Origin: Cyanobacteria bacterium J06626_4
Lineage (GTDB): Bacteria; Cyanobacteriota; Cyanobacteriia; Phormidesmidales; Phormidesmidaceae
Reading direction: 5' to 3'
DNA: 53,255 bases
Assembly: GCA_038523235.1 (NCBI GenBank)
Contig: JBCBJQ010000031.1
Coordinates: 1 to 53,255 of the forward strand
Part shown: positions 30,501 to 38,900 of the stretch, piece after piece
Position numbering within the stretch: the stretch's first letter is position 1
Layout of the letters: every line of letters starts with the position of its first letter
Translations under genes and position numbers: made by a program
Notes under the pieces: generated by a model
The model's input: only the letters and a program-made list of their open reading frames with translations
What the model was told of the DNA's origin: nothing
Database searches by the model: none

Positions 30501-30892
30501 GACGCCATTTCCGTCATGGGCTCAGGCGCTGCCGTCGCGATCGCCGACATATCCCCAGCATCCGACAGATCGGACGGCTCGCGTTGCAACGTGGGAGCAT
30601 CGTCTTCTTGGGGTTGGCGCTGCACCGCCTGAGAGGCGATCGCGTCAGCTTCTTGCTCGTACTTATCGCCCGGCTCGCCCATGACCAAAGCGGGCTGCAC
30701 CGTAAATTGCGCCAAACTATGCCCCAATGTGTTGGCGCGTTCTAGCTGTAACGGCAGGCTGGGGGCGTTGTCACCGTCAGTTTTGGTTTGTAATGGCTGC
30801 GATTTCGCCGACGTCTGTGCCGAGTCAGCCGCTTCTGCCCGCTCCGCCATTGGGGTGCGAGATTTACGTTGGGCCAGCAGACGCGTTTTCAC
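27575..30892 (-). CDS. DUF4157 (eCIS core) domain protein with central TM bundle and acidic coiled-coil tail, paralog 3
   Basis: GTG start with GAGG RBS; GHSL..FTVQPAL..GEPGDKYEQEAD leader; ALAFTTGNHIFF, ELVAHEAVHTMQQG; hydrophobic block at about 28860-29260. Confidence 0.85.
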   Translation of the reverse strand: MKTRLLAQRKSRTPMAERAEAADSAQTSAKSQPLQTKTDGDNAPSLPLQLERANTLGHSLAQFTVQPALVMGEPGDKYEQEADAIASQAVQRQPQEDDAPTLQREPSDLSDAGDMSAIATAAPEPMTEMASAPDIADPASELDTGEEMSADGMTDALTDTMAVDTDAIAEGGLGDLADAETEVPEPTDLAGDLDAGSEGAAPNSIEGQIQAAMASGGESLPDDTQSWLRRSLGMVNPDAIVIHDDSEAHDLCDQLAALAFTTGNHIFFAAGEYDPDSDAGRELVAHEAVHTMQQGAIEGGAEAETDLDQGATDAEEAEVTNDLLGELGIDDSANAEDADIDHVAVQAQQLQRAEWDEDETDGQTADSTSTADAESAADGSDLGGHDDAVASEENALDAIDPAAEANKPALPTRLPEPVEMPDVGEAVDRQDVGEIDEIGAGSLSDSLEILTEFSLLGSLENAGLEEGFFNEVAADSLLVQRDTEESAGFVESTVVDDTEPYPDWAKVEGDDFGTQLAQTLVVGQTAGAVYDVYDTFASVADETNGFGVAAAILEGFCTILQVITNILDLIGLTLALVSLVLLIAAGILAIGLPWTATAVATLLSWAANIMNAAIQIDKIVLVFILWRMLFRALSIGLRIASVFYEGGNWDDAWDAVQSQVMAFGLDAARAALAVFSYGGVNPTAGGGFINTAATSTSSIAISTAGKAAYWGVFFGGIASLKTETVAGGLDDAPGAISGGVDNFNDSDTMDSYDGGSMAQAREDSAMMAQLEERQEDLEDAQDEADDSETDADLPEIPEDAPFEVSDAAANTAYLAMGEGYLAIREIELMDIIASRQVQAERMHGYQTGLASNQASVQGAEDVFGAHNQLNEAAIEQGAPAGEESAAGAGPMNDMGSDLKGQQGMIKSGGKMGESQGADAAATQAGPSAQQDADQGPKSAEQSGQGAVKGEQEAASNIKDNEKKIGEAEALKQDTANTQDDLDKAQIYNSAELERLFAELANVQAATDVATAAREEEEDRRADAIAELFDWTQDHQDAVEAFFLDDAEEEEDFEVEDDDDDAVDDDTEDQDSSDLLAAFYEWLSEATEPMRDDVEAEEEKDVSLYA

Positions 30893-30921
30893 AAGACAGC
30901 CTCAATGCTTACAGATGCTTG

Positions 30922-31114
30922 ATACCAATTCTTCCAGATGTGATTACACATCAATATCTCTGAATGATCCCCCCAACCCCCCTAAAGCCCTTTGGGCATG
31001 GCTGCGCTAGAAAAATGGGGGCGTCCCAATCCAGTTTGTGAATAGCCCCCTTGTTAAGGGGGCAGCGACAGCGGGGGATCCTCAATCTGGAGAACTAGCT
31101 TGCAGAATTGGTAT
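30922..31114. mobile_element. MITE-like palindromic element
   Basis: 11-bp terminal inverted repeats ATACCAATTCT (30922-30932) / AGAATTGGTAT (31104-31114); inner GATCCCCC (30966-30973) / GGGGGATC (31073-31080); hairpin GCCCCCTT-GTT-AAGGGGGC (31045-31063). Confidence 0.75.
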
Positions 31115-31170
31115 TAATCGACAGGGGCAGGACCAGGGTTTTCTTCTCTCTAGCATGCCCTATCCTGACC

Positions 31171-32289
31171 TCAACCCGTAGTTGAGGGATGCTTCGGCGT
31201 AATTTGGATGCCCTGAAAGTGCTGCTTAGCCCGTTGGCGATTTTGATGGATGCGGAAAATGCGGTCAAATTCTTCTTTGCCCCAGCGGACAGGCAGCGTA
31301 TTGAGATAAAGGGTCACCATTTCTTCGGCAGCTTCCTGCTCGGCTGTGTGGAGGCTTTTTTTAGCGACCAATAACGCATCAAAGGCGGCGACTTTGTCTC
31401 CCAGGGCTTCACAGGCTTGGGCGATCGCTAGCGAACTCGCCAAAAAGCGAGCAAACCGATGAATGTCCGAAGCTTTGAGGGTTTCCTGTCGCGCGGTCAT
31501 CGCGTAATTGCGGGAAGCGGCCCAGTCTTCCTGTTCCGCCGCGACGAGGGCCAGATACAGGTTGATATCGCCAATGACAGTATCCGCGCCTGCGCTTTGC
31601 GCTTCGGCCAGCAACGTTTTGAGAAAGCGATCGCTGTCGACCCAGGTCTCATCCGTGGTGAGGGTTTTCAGCGTTTGGCGATCAAGCTGAATGGCATAGG
31701 CCAAGTGAATTTCGCCCAGGCGTTTAGCGAAGTCATAGGCTCGATCTAAATCGGCTCGTGCTCGCTCAAGCTGTCCCAGCAAAACATAGGTAGAGCTGCG
31801 CGTCCGCAAGATCGAAAGCGTCAGAGTAGATGACTCGGTTTTGCGGTCAAATCGCAGGGCGCGGCTGTTGGCCTTGATGGCACTGAGAATGTCTCCGGCC
31901 TCTCGATGGAGGGAAGCAAGGAAAAAATAACCCTTGGCGGCCAGATGGGTGTGACCAATTTCTAACGCCAGTTTGAGGGCAATAGAGATCGCGTCATGAG
32001 TCTCCTCACGCCGCTCCGGCAGATGGAACAGGGCGATCGCTTTGCCGTATTGGTTGAGGGCGATACTCGCTTTATCTTCGATGGCGTCGCTGTCGGTATT
32101 GCAGAGGGCGATCGCGGCGTCATATTCTTCCGCAGCTTCGGCCCACTGTTTGAGCTGCGCATGGATGAGGGCTTTTTGGGCATGGGCGATCGCCTGCTGC
32201 TGGTTTGCCGACAGTTCCCCTGCCGCGACAAACTCTTGGATTTGCTTGTCTGCCGCTTTAAGCAAGGCTTCGAGCATTGATTTTTTCAT
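31171..32289 (-). CDS. Tetratricopeptide-repeat (TPR) protein
   Basis: ATG 32289 (MKKSML) with AGAGG RBS, 22 nt after the upstream stop; TPR-like helix pairs (WAEAAEEYDAAIAL, LGQLERARADLDRA). Confidence 0.8.
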   Translation of the reverse strand: MKKSMLEALLKAADKQIQEFVAAGELSANQQQAIAHAQKALIHAQLKQWAEAAEEYDAAIALCNTDSDAIEDKASIALNQYGKAIALFHLPERREETHDAISIALKLALEIGHTHLAAKGYFFLASLHREAGDILSAIKANSRALRFDRKTESSTLTLSILRTRSSTYVLLGQLERARADLDRAYDFAKRLGEIHLAYAIQLDRQTLKTLTTDETWVDSDRFLKTLLAEAQSAGADTVIGDINLYLALVAAEQEDWAASRNYAMTARQETLKASDIHRFARFLASSLAIAQACEALGDKVAAFDALLVAKKSLHTAEQEAAEEMVTLYLNTLPVRWGKEEFDRIFRIHQNRQRAKQHFQGIQITPKHPSTTG

Positions 32290-32311
32290 GACTGATAGAC
32301 CTCTACCACAG

Positions 32312-35300
32312 TTACCCAACCACCGTCTCCGTCATTTCATCTTGACGTTCATCCTCGGCAACACCGAACTGTTCTGCCAGGGCTTGCCAGACCTCCATAA
32401 AGTTTTCTAGCGTTTCGTCTAACGTCGGCTGGTCTGCTTCGTCTTCCAAGTCTTCTGACATCAGGACATCATCGTCGTCATTGTCCGTGTCTTCATCATC
32501 TTCTGTGTCAGTCCCCTCCATGGCCATAAAGTCTTGAATAATGGCAAACACTTCACTCGACCAGTCTTCTCCCTCTGCCAAGCCCTCTTCCCGGTCGGCT
32601 TCGGCAGCGTTGCGCGTCGTTTGGATCGCCTCCCAGTGGGCATAAAACGCTTCTCGCCGGGTCATCAACCACTCAATTTCGGCTTGGTTTTCGGCTTGAA
32701 CTTCAGCCGCCTCAGCCTCACGGGTTTCCAGCAGGGATTGAATCTCTGCCGACTCCGCAGCCTGCGCCCCCTGTTCCTTCATGGCTCCGGCAGCGGCGGC
32801 GACCCCATCATCCGAGGTGCTGGGGCCTTGAGCCACATCGGCAGCGCCGCCATCGGCTCCCTGCTGAGCTACAGGGCCTTGGTCAGAGGGTACATCCTGC
32901 CCCACCAGACCGCCCATGGCACTGCCCTGCTTGATATTGCCCTGCTGGCTGTTCAAATCGGCGGCCCCGGTATCGGCCTGATCTTGAGCCCCTTCGAGGG
33001 TGGGTTTGGCGTCAGCGACTTCAGCCGCGGCCACGCCTGTGCGCTCTTGGTAGGCTTCGCTCATCGCCTGAGACTGTTCTTGCTGAGCGTGGTACTCCTC
33101 TAAAATCAGTTGACTGCCGTAAATGTCTTCGGCCCAAAGCTGCTTGCCGCGAATGAGCCTCTCTGTTTCGGCGATCGCGCCCTGGGTTTGCTCATCTTCA
33201 GCATCGCAAACGGCCATGCGGGTACTGGCAGATTCGACCGTGGTCAAGGGATCTGCCTCTGGGATTTCCGGTAGCGCTTCCTTCGACTCTTCGTGAGCCT
33301 CTTGATAGTCTTCATACTCGGCTTCCAACTCCTCATTGGACTCCCGCACCGCCTGGATTTGAGTCTCGTCGGCCTTCGCCTGAACGGCACTGCCAGTACT
33401 GCTCTGCGCCTGCTCCATACCGGCTCCGCCAAAGCCGCCGAAGCCAACCCCGACTACGAGTTCTTCAATAAAAGCCTCTCGGGCACTGTCGGTTACGTCC
33501 CTCTCCATACCGGTATCAACGGTCATCTTGTAGAGAACAATGGCCACGATATCGGCTGCCGCCCCGACCGCCTGCACGGCGGCTCGGCCCAGGCCCTCTT
33601 TAGCATGTTCCCAACCCAGCACAGCCCCAGCCAACAAGGCATCTAATAGCCAGAGGACGATCGTGATCGCCCGCAAGCCCAGGCGATAGATTGTCCACCA
33701 AATGATGAATTCGCTGAGTTTGACTAACCAACCAGCGATCACTTGCCACAACCCTTTCCACCATTCTGCATAGGCCAACATCGACACCCCAGACCCCGCA
33801 GCAAGAGCATTCATGAGTGTGCCAATGCCGTAGCAGATGCCCTGCATCATGATAAAGAGGAACATGACCGTCGTCAGCGCCAGACAGATCAGGTCTAAAA
33901 TGCCGGTCAGCAGCTCGATCATGTTGATGAAAATTTCGAACGTGATGGCCATATAGCCAAACATGTGAGCCCAGTGCGTGGGCTTGAGGGCAAACCAAGA
34001 GGCATCCCCGGCCATCAAGTTGGCAATATCGACGATTTTGCCGCTAGAGCCTGCCAAAAACATGTTGTCCACAATCCAGTCGCCCGCTGGATTGCCCGTG
34101 TCCGATTCCTTCATGCCTTTGGGCCAGCCGACTTCCTCCCCGGCATCCCAGGCTTTTTCGGTGTCTTTAGTCGTGTCATCGGCTGCCGCCTGCTCATCCA
34201 CAGCAGTGGCCATTTGCAGATTGAGTACATCGCCGGCGTCTTCTCCTGCAAAGGCGACGGACTGAGCTAACGCCGCGTTAAAGTCTGGAAAGGCATCGCC
34301 CCCAAATGCCAAGCCATCCATCGAGCTGCTGGCCGCATCTTGAGCATTGTCTAGGCCCTCTTCGAAGCCCATTTCGTGCAGGGGTTCGAGGGGGTTGCCC
34401 AACGCCTCGGGGGCGGGGACTTTGTCGGGTTCCGCCTCGGGCACTGGCGTAAAAACATCTTGGGCCGTGCCGACGGCCTCGTCGGGGGGCGCGTCGGTAT
34501 GCACGGCTTCTTGTCCGTCGGTGGGGGTATCGGCACTCTCTGAGTCCACAGCATTTTGGGCATCTTTCTCGCCCTCGGCGGCCATGTCCTCACCGTCGGC
34601 TTCTGAAGTGCCCGTTTGCTCGTCTTCGTCTGTAGTTGTGCTGGGTGGGGTCGCTGCCGATTGCACGGGTACGGGGGCGGCGGCGATTTCGGCGGGGTCA
34701 GCTTTCAAGCCCAGGTCAGCCCCGGTGTCCTCCATGGAGTCTTCTGCGCCACTGCCACTGTCGATCGCCCCCTGCTGCACCGTATGTACCGCTTCGTGGA
34801 AAATCAGCTCTTGGCCCTCGGGGCTGTCAGGGTCGTACTCGCCCGCCGCAAAGAAAATATGGTTGCCGGTAGTAAAGGCCAGGGCTCCTAGCTCATCGCA
34901 CAGCTCATTCGCTTGCCCGCCAGTATGCACGCGAATGTCTTCGGGGTTTTCCATGCCGATGCGCGATCGCAGCTTGGCTTGCATTTCCTCGGGTAGCGGT
35001 TCACCGCCTGAGGCGATCGCCGCCCGAATTTTGCCCTCAATCCCATCATCACCAAACCCCAGATCGACATCAGAGGCTCCCAGCATTTCGCTGACTTCTG
35101 CCGTCTCTGGGCCTTCGCCTTCAGCGATCGGGGCCATATCATCACCGCCCATAGCCCCGACGATCTCACCCATTTCACTGCCACCGACGGCATCGGTCAT
35201 ACCCTCTAGGCCGTCACCACCCATCGCATCAGCCATGCCGCCGAGATCACCGCCACCGCCGCCCCCTGCAAGGTCATCCATGCTGCCGCCCAGGGCGTCA

Positions 35301-35836
35301 GTCATGTCGCCCATGCCACCGAGGTCACCGCCCAAGTCACCCCCGAGATCGCCACCTCCCAGGTCATTGCCAGCCCCCGCGGCCAGATCTCCCATGCCGC
35401 CGGTTGCTGTCTCCATGTCAGGCATCGAGCCACTCGCGTCTAACTCCGGCTGGCGCTGCACTGCCGTCGGGTTGACCTGGTGTTGTACGTGCAGGTCGGA
35501 GTCGCTACCCTCCCCCGGATTACCGCTTGGGGTTGCGGCTGCAGCCCCAGCCTGGGGTTGCATTTGCACGGCCTGACCGGCGATCGCGTCGGCTTCTTGC
35601 TCGTACTTATCCCCCGGTTCACCGATTGCTAGCGCCGGTTGAATGGTGAACTGAGTCAAACTATGCCCTAAGGTGTTGGCCCGCGATAATTGCAATGGCC
35701 AACTATCTGTGGTGTTATCGTCCGGTTGAGCCTGTAGCGGTTGCGATCGCGCTACCGGCTGTGCCCGTCCAATTGCTTCCGTCCGCTCCGCCGTCGGAGT
35801 GCGAGATTGACGTTGGGCCAGCAGACGCGTTTTCAC
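32312..35836 (-). CDS. DUF4157 domain protein with central TM bundle and acidic coiled-coil tail, paralog 2
   Basis: Start moved from 35917 to GTG 35836 (GGAGG RBS; MKTRLLAQR, same as paralog 3); GEPGDKYEQEAD; ELIFHEAVHTVQQG; hydrophobic block at about 33610-33965. Confidence 0.85.
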   Translation of the reverse strand: MKTRLLAQRQSRTPTAERTEAIGRAQPVARSQPLQAQPDDNTTDSWPLQLSRANTLGHSLTQFTIQPALAIGEPGDKYEQEADAIAGQAVQMQPQAGAAAATPSGNPGEGSDSDLHVQHQVNPTAVQRQPELDASGSMPDMETATGGMGDLAAGAGNDLGGGDLGGDLGGDLGGMGDMTDALGGSMDDLAGGGGGGDLGGMADAMGGDGLEGMTDAVGGSEMGEIVGAMGGDDMAPIAEGEGPETAEVSEMLGASDVDLGFGDDGIEGKIRAAIASGGEPLPEEMQAKLRSRIGMENPEDIRVHTGGQANELCDELGALAFTTGNHIFFAAGEYDPDSPEGQELIFHEAVHTVQQGAIDSGSGAEDSMEDTGADLGLKADPAEIAAAPVPVQSAATPPSTTTDEDEQTGTSEADGEDMAAEGEKDAQNAVDSESADTPTDGQEAVHTDAPPDEAVGTAQDVFTPVPEAEPDKVPAPEALGNPLEPLHEMGFEEGLDNAQDAASSSMDGLAFGGDAFPDFNAALAQSVAFAGEDAGDVLNLQMATAVDEQAAADDTTKDTEKAWDAGEEVGWPKGMKESDTGNPAGDWIVDNMFLAGSSGKIVDIANLMAGDASWFALKPTHWAHMFGYMAITFEIFINMIELLTGILDLICLALTTVMFLFIMMQGICYGIGTLMNALAAGSGVSMLAYAEWWKGLWQVIAGWLVKLSEFIIWWTIYRLGLRAITIVLWLLDALLAGAVLGWEHAKEGLGRAAVQAVGAAADIVAIVLYKMTVDTGMERDVTDSAREAFIEELVVGVGFGGFGGAGMEQAQSSTGSAVQAKADETQIQAVRESNEELEAEYEDYQEAHEESKEALPEIPEADPLTTVESASTRMAVCDAEDEQTQGAIAETERLIRGKQLWAEDIYGSQLILEEYHAQQEQSQAMSEAYQERTGVAAAEVADAKPTLEGAQDQADTGAADLNSQQGNIKQGSAMGGLVGQDVPSDQGPVAQQGADGGAADVAQGPSTSDDGVAAAAGAMKEQGAQAAESAEIQSLLETREAEAAEVQAENQAEIEWLMTRREAFYAHWEAIQTTRNAAEADREEGLAEGEDWSSEVFAIIQDFMAMEGTDTEDDEDTDNDDDDVLMSEDLEDEADQPTLDETLENFMEVWQALAEQFGVAEDERQDEMTETVVG

Positions 35837-35923
35837 AAGACAGCCTCCATGTTTGCAAATGTTTGGAGAAACTTTGGTAGGGCCGCAAAGGTCATTGTGA
35901 GCCTCGTGGATAGTCAATCGACA

Positions 35924-38900
35924 TTAACTCGCGGCTCCCTGGGCTTCGCCACTAGCCGCCAAACTCAAGCTCATAAACACCTCGTGCAACTCTTCCCAAG
36001 AGACCGTGTCCTCGTCGTCTTCCGCGTTGGTTTCTTCCTCACCTTCACCTTCGGGTTCATTCTCTTCCCAGAAACCATGAATGACGTCGAGGGTTTCTTC
36101 TGCCCAACTGGCGGCGGTTTCCATTTCGGCATCTTGCTCGGCAGCCGCACTGTCTTTGGCCGATTCGGCCTCATCGTTCAGACTATATAACTCATCCAAG
36201 GAGGAATAAATGTCTGCTAAGTCCGTTTCTAACCCCGCTTGGTGTCCGGCAATTTCCTCGTCTTCACTGGCAATCGACTGCTGTGACTGCTGAGCATCAG
36301 CGATCACACCCTCATTCTGCTTTTTCGACTCATCCAGTTGCTTGCCCCCTGCCGACGTATTGCCGGGCATAGCGCTGGCCTGCTCTTGGCCAGCGTCCCC
36401 CGAGTCTGTCGCTGCCTTGGTGGCCGCCTGAGAGTCACTGCTATCAACGGGGGTAAAGATGCTAGCCACACTCATTAGCGGCCCAAAAATCGTGCTCATG
36501 ACTTTAGCCATCCCGGCCATGTCACCAGAGTCGTCTTGTGCCCCTTGGACATCCCCAGCCGAACTGTCGAGCATGCCTTCTGCCGACTCATTTTGTTCTA
36601 ACGATGAGGAAGAGACCGCTTCAGCGGTTTCTGAAAACGCCGCCCGGTCAGCCAATTCGAGTTGGCCATAATACAAGCCCTCCAACTGTTGCTCTTTGAG
36701 CCCGGCCAAGCCTTCCAGTTGAATAATGCCAGCTTGAGCGATCGCCCCACCTTGCATGGCCCCAGCCAGATCATTCGCTGGTGAGTCTTCGATGCTGTCA
36801 GTCTCTAGCTCTAACTCGGGTAAATCGGCGATCGTCGCCTCATAGTTAGCCGCGAGTTCATCGTCTGTCGAAGATGCTGCATCCTCGTCTTCAGCTCGCT
36901 GAATCGCCTGGGTTTCTCGTAATGCCTGGGCCTGGGCCGCAGCCGCTTGGATATTCTGCTCATCAGCCGCCGATTGGCCATAAATCTTCCCACTGTCTGC
37001 TGACCACCCCTTAAAGGCGTCTTGACCAAACTCGGTGCCGCCACCGGCAAAAGCGCCGAGCGTATCGACGGTCGTTTCCTTGATGACCTCCTTAACCCCT
37101 TCATCGCCCCACTTGATGGCATTCAACACGGCAGCATTGTCGCCCATATCCAAGGCATCATCAAAGCCGTCCCAAATCTGCGAACCTGTCGGATCGCGCA
37201 GCTCGACAATCTTAAAAGTGGGCGTCCCGTTGGGATCTAATTTTTTCTTACCAGCACTCAAAAAATCATTGCCTAAATCCTTGGTTGTTTTCCCAATGTT
37301 TTTAGGATTAGCGATGCTCAGCAGCTCATCGCCGCCAATGTCGTCGGCTTGCGAGGTGTAGTTAAATAACACGATCTCTAGCAAATCACCGGCCAAACCA
37401 ATCACCTGGTTGCCCGCGAGCGAGGCCCCATCCTGCATCGCGTCCGCAAAGCTTTTCCCCTGACCCAGCGCAATGAACCCCGACACAAGACCCGTGAGTA
37501 GCCACATACCCATCAAAATGAGCCGCAGCGGCACGCGCATGAGCGCCAGCAACACTAACCACGTATCCAACAGGTTAAAAATCGGGGGGAACGTGCTGTT
37601 AGTAAATTGCGCGATCGATGTGGCCCAGGCAATGGCCCACGCCCCAGCCCCGAAAACCGCATTAAGTAACATGCCGAGGCCGTAGAAAAACCCGGCGATG
37701 AGGTAAAGGCTAATCATCAAGCCCAACAAAAACAAGCTGATCACATCAAATATGCCGCTGATGATTTCTAGCACCATCACCACGGTTTCTAACGCGAGAG
37801 ACGCGTAATAAAGCGGATTGACTCTGTGATAACTCGGCAGGTCGTCTACAGCGCCCCAACGGTTGTAGATTTCCATGGCCTTACCGGTGGTGTTGGCCAG
37901 CACCATGTTGTTTACAATCCACTCACCGGCCGGATTGTGATCAGCTTCAATTTGTCCTGAGGCGGTGTCATAGGTCGCTTCTGGGGCAGCTTGCAAGTTC
38001 AGCACATCGGCACCGGATTCACCGGCAAAGGTCATCACCTCCCCCAGGGCTTGATCAAACGCCCCGCTAGCCCCACCTCCCATGAGCTCACCGGTTTCAT
38101 CAGCGGCGGCATCGGCTGATTCGGCGGTGCCCATGGAAGTGGTAGGGGTCAGGGGGTCAGATATAGCAGCAGGGGGTGAGACTTTTTCAGGCTCGGTCGG
38201 AGCCGGAGGCTTACCGAAAAAGCCCTTGACTTGTCCCGTTACCTCTGACGGCATCTGGGCGTCTTCGGCCTGGTCGGTGACGGCCTCTTGAGTCTCATCA
38301 GCCCCCTGATCCATGGCTGATTCGGCTTGGGCTTCCCCACCGGAGTCAGCGTCAGCCGTCTGCTCGGTCTCAGGATTCGTTTCCTCGGTAGCGGTGTCGT
38401 CCGTCGTCTCTTCTGTCGCGGCTGGATCGTCGGCTTGCATCGCCACCGCTTCATTGGTTTCAGCCTCTTCTTCAGCGGCTCCTTCGCTGCCGTCGATCGC
38501 CCCTTGCTGAATCGTGTGAACCGCTTCGTGGAAAATCAGCTCTTGTCCGTCGGGGGAATCGGGGTCATACTCGCCCGCCGCAAAGAAAATATGGTTGCCG
38601 GTGGTGAAAGCTAGGGCACCCAACTCATCACATAACTCGTTGGCTTTACCGTCGGTATGTACCCGGATATCTTCAGGATTTTCCATGCCAATGCGCGATC
38701 GCAGCTTGGCCTGCATTTCTTCTGGCAGCGGTTCGCCCCCGGATGCGATCGCCGTGCGGATGCTGCCTTCAATCCCGTCATCGCCAAGGCCCATCTCACC
38801 GCTGGTCGCTCCCAGCATCTCCTCGACTTCTTCGGTCTCCGGGCCTTCCTCTTCCGTCATGGTTTCCCCACCATTGCCGCCCATCGCTCCCATGGCATCG

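Noticed and set aside
34347..35576. 409-aa plus-strand Ser/Pro-rich ORF (and similar 38595-39242)
   Set aside because: Antisense shadows of the Gly/Asp/Met-rich DUF4157 genes.
35837..35917. 27-aa N-terminal extension of paralog 2 in the ORF track
   Set aside because: The RBS and the 38-bp identity with paralog 3 place the start at GTG 35836.
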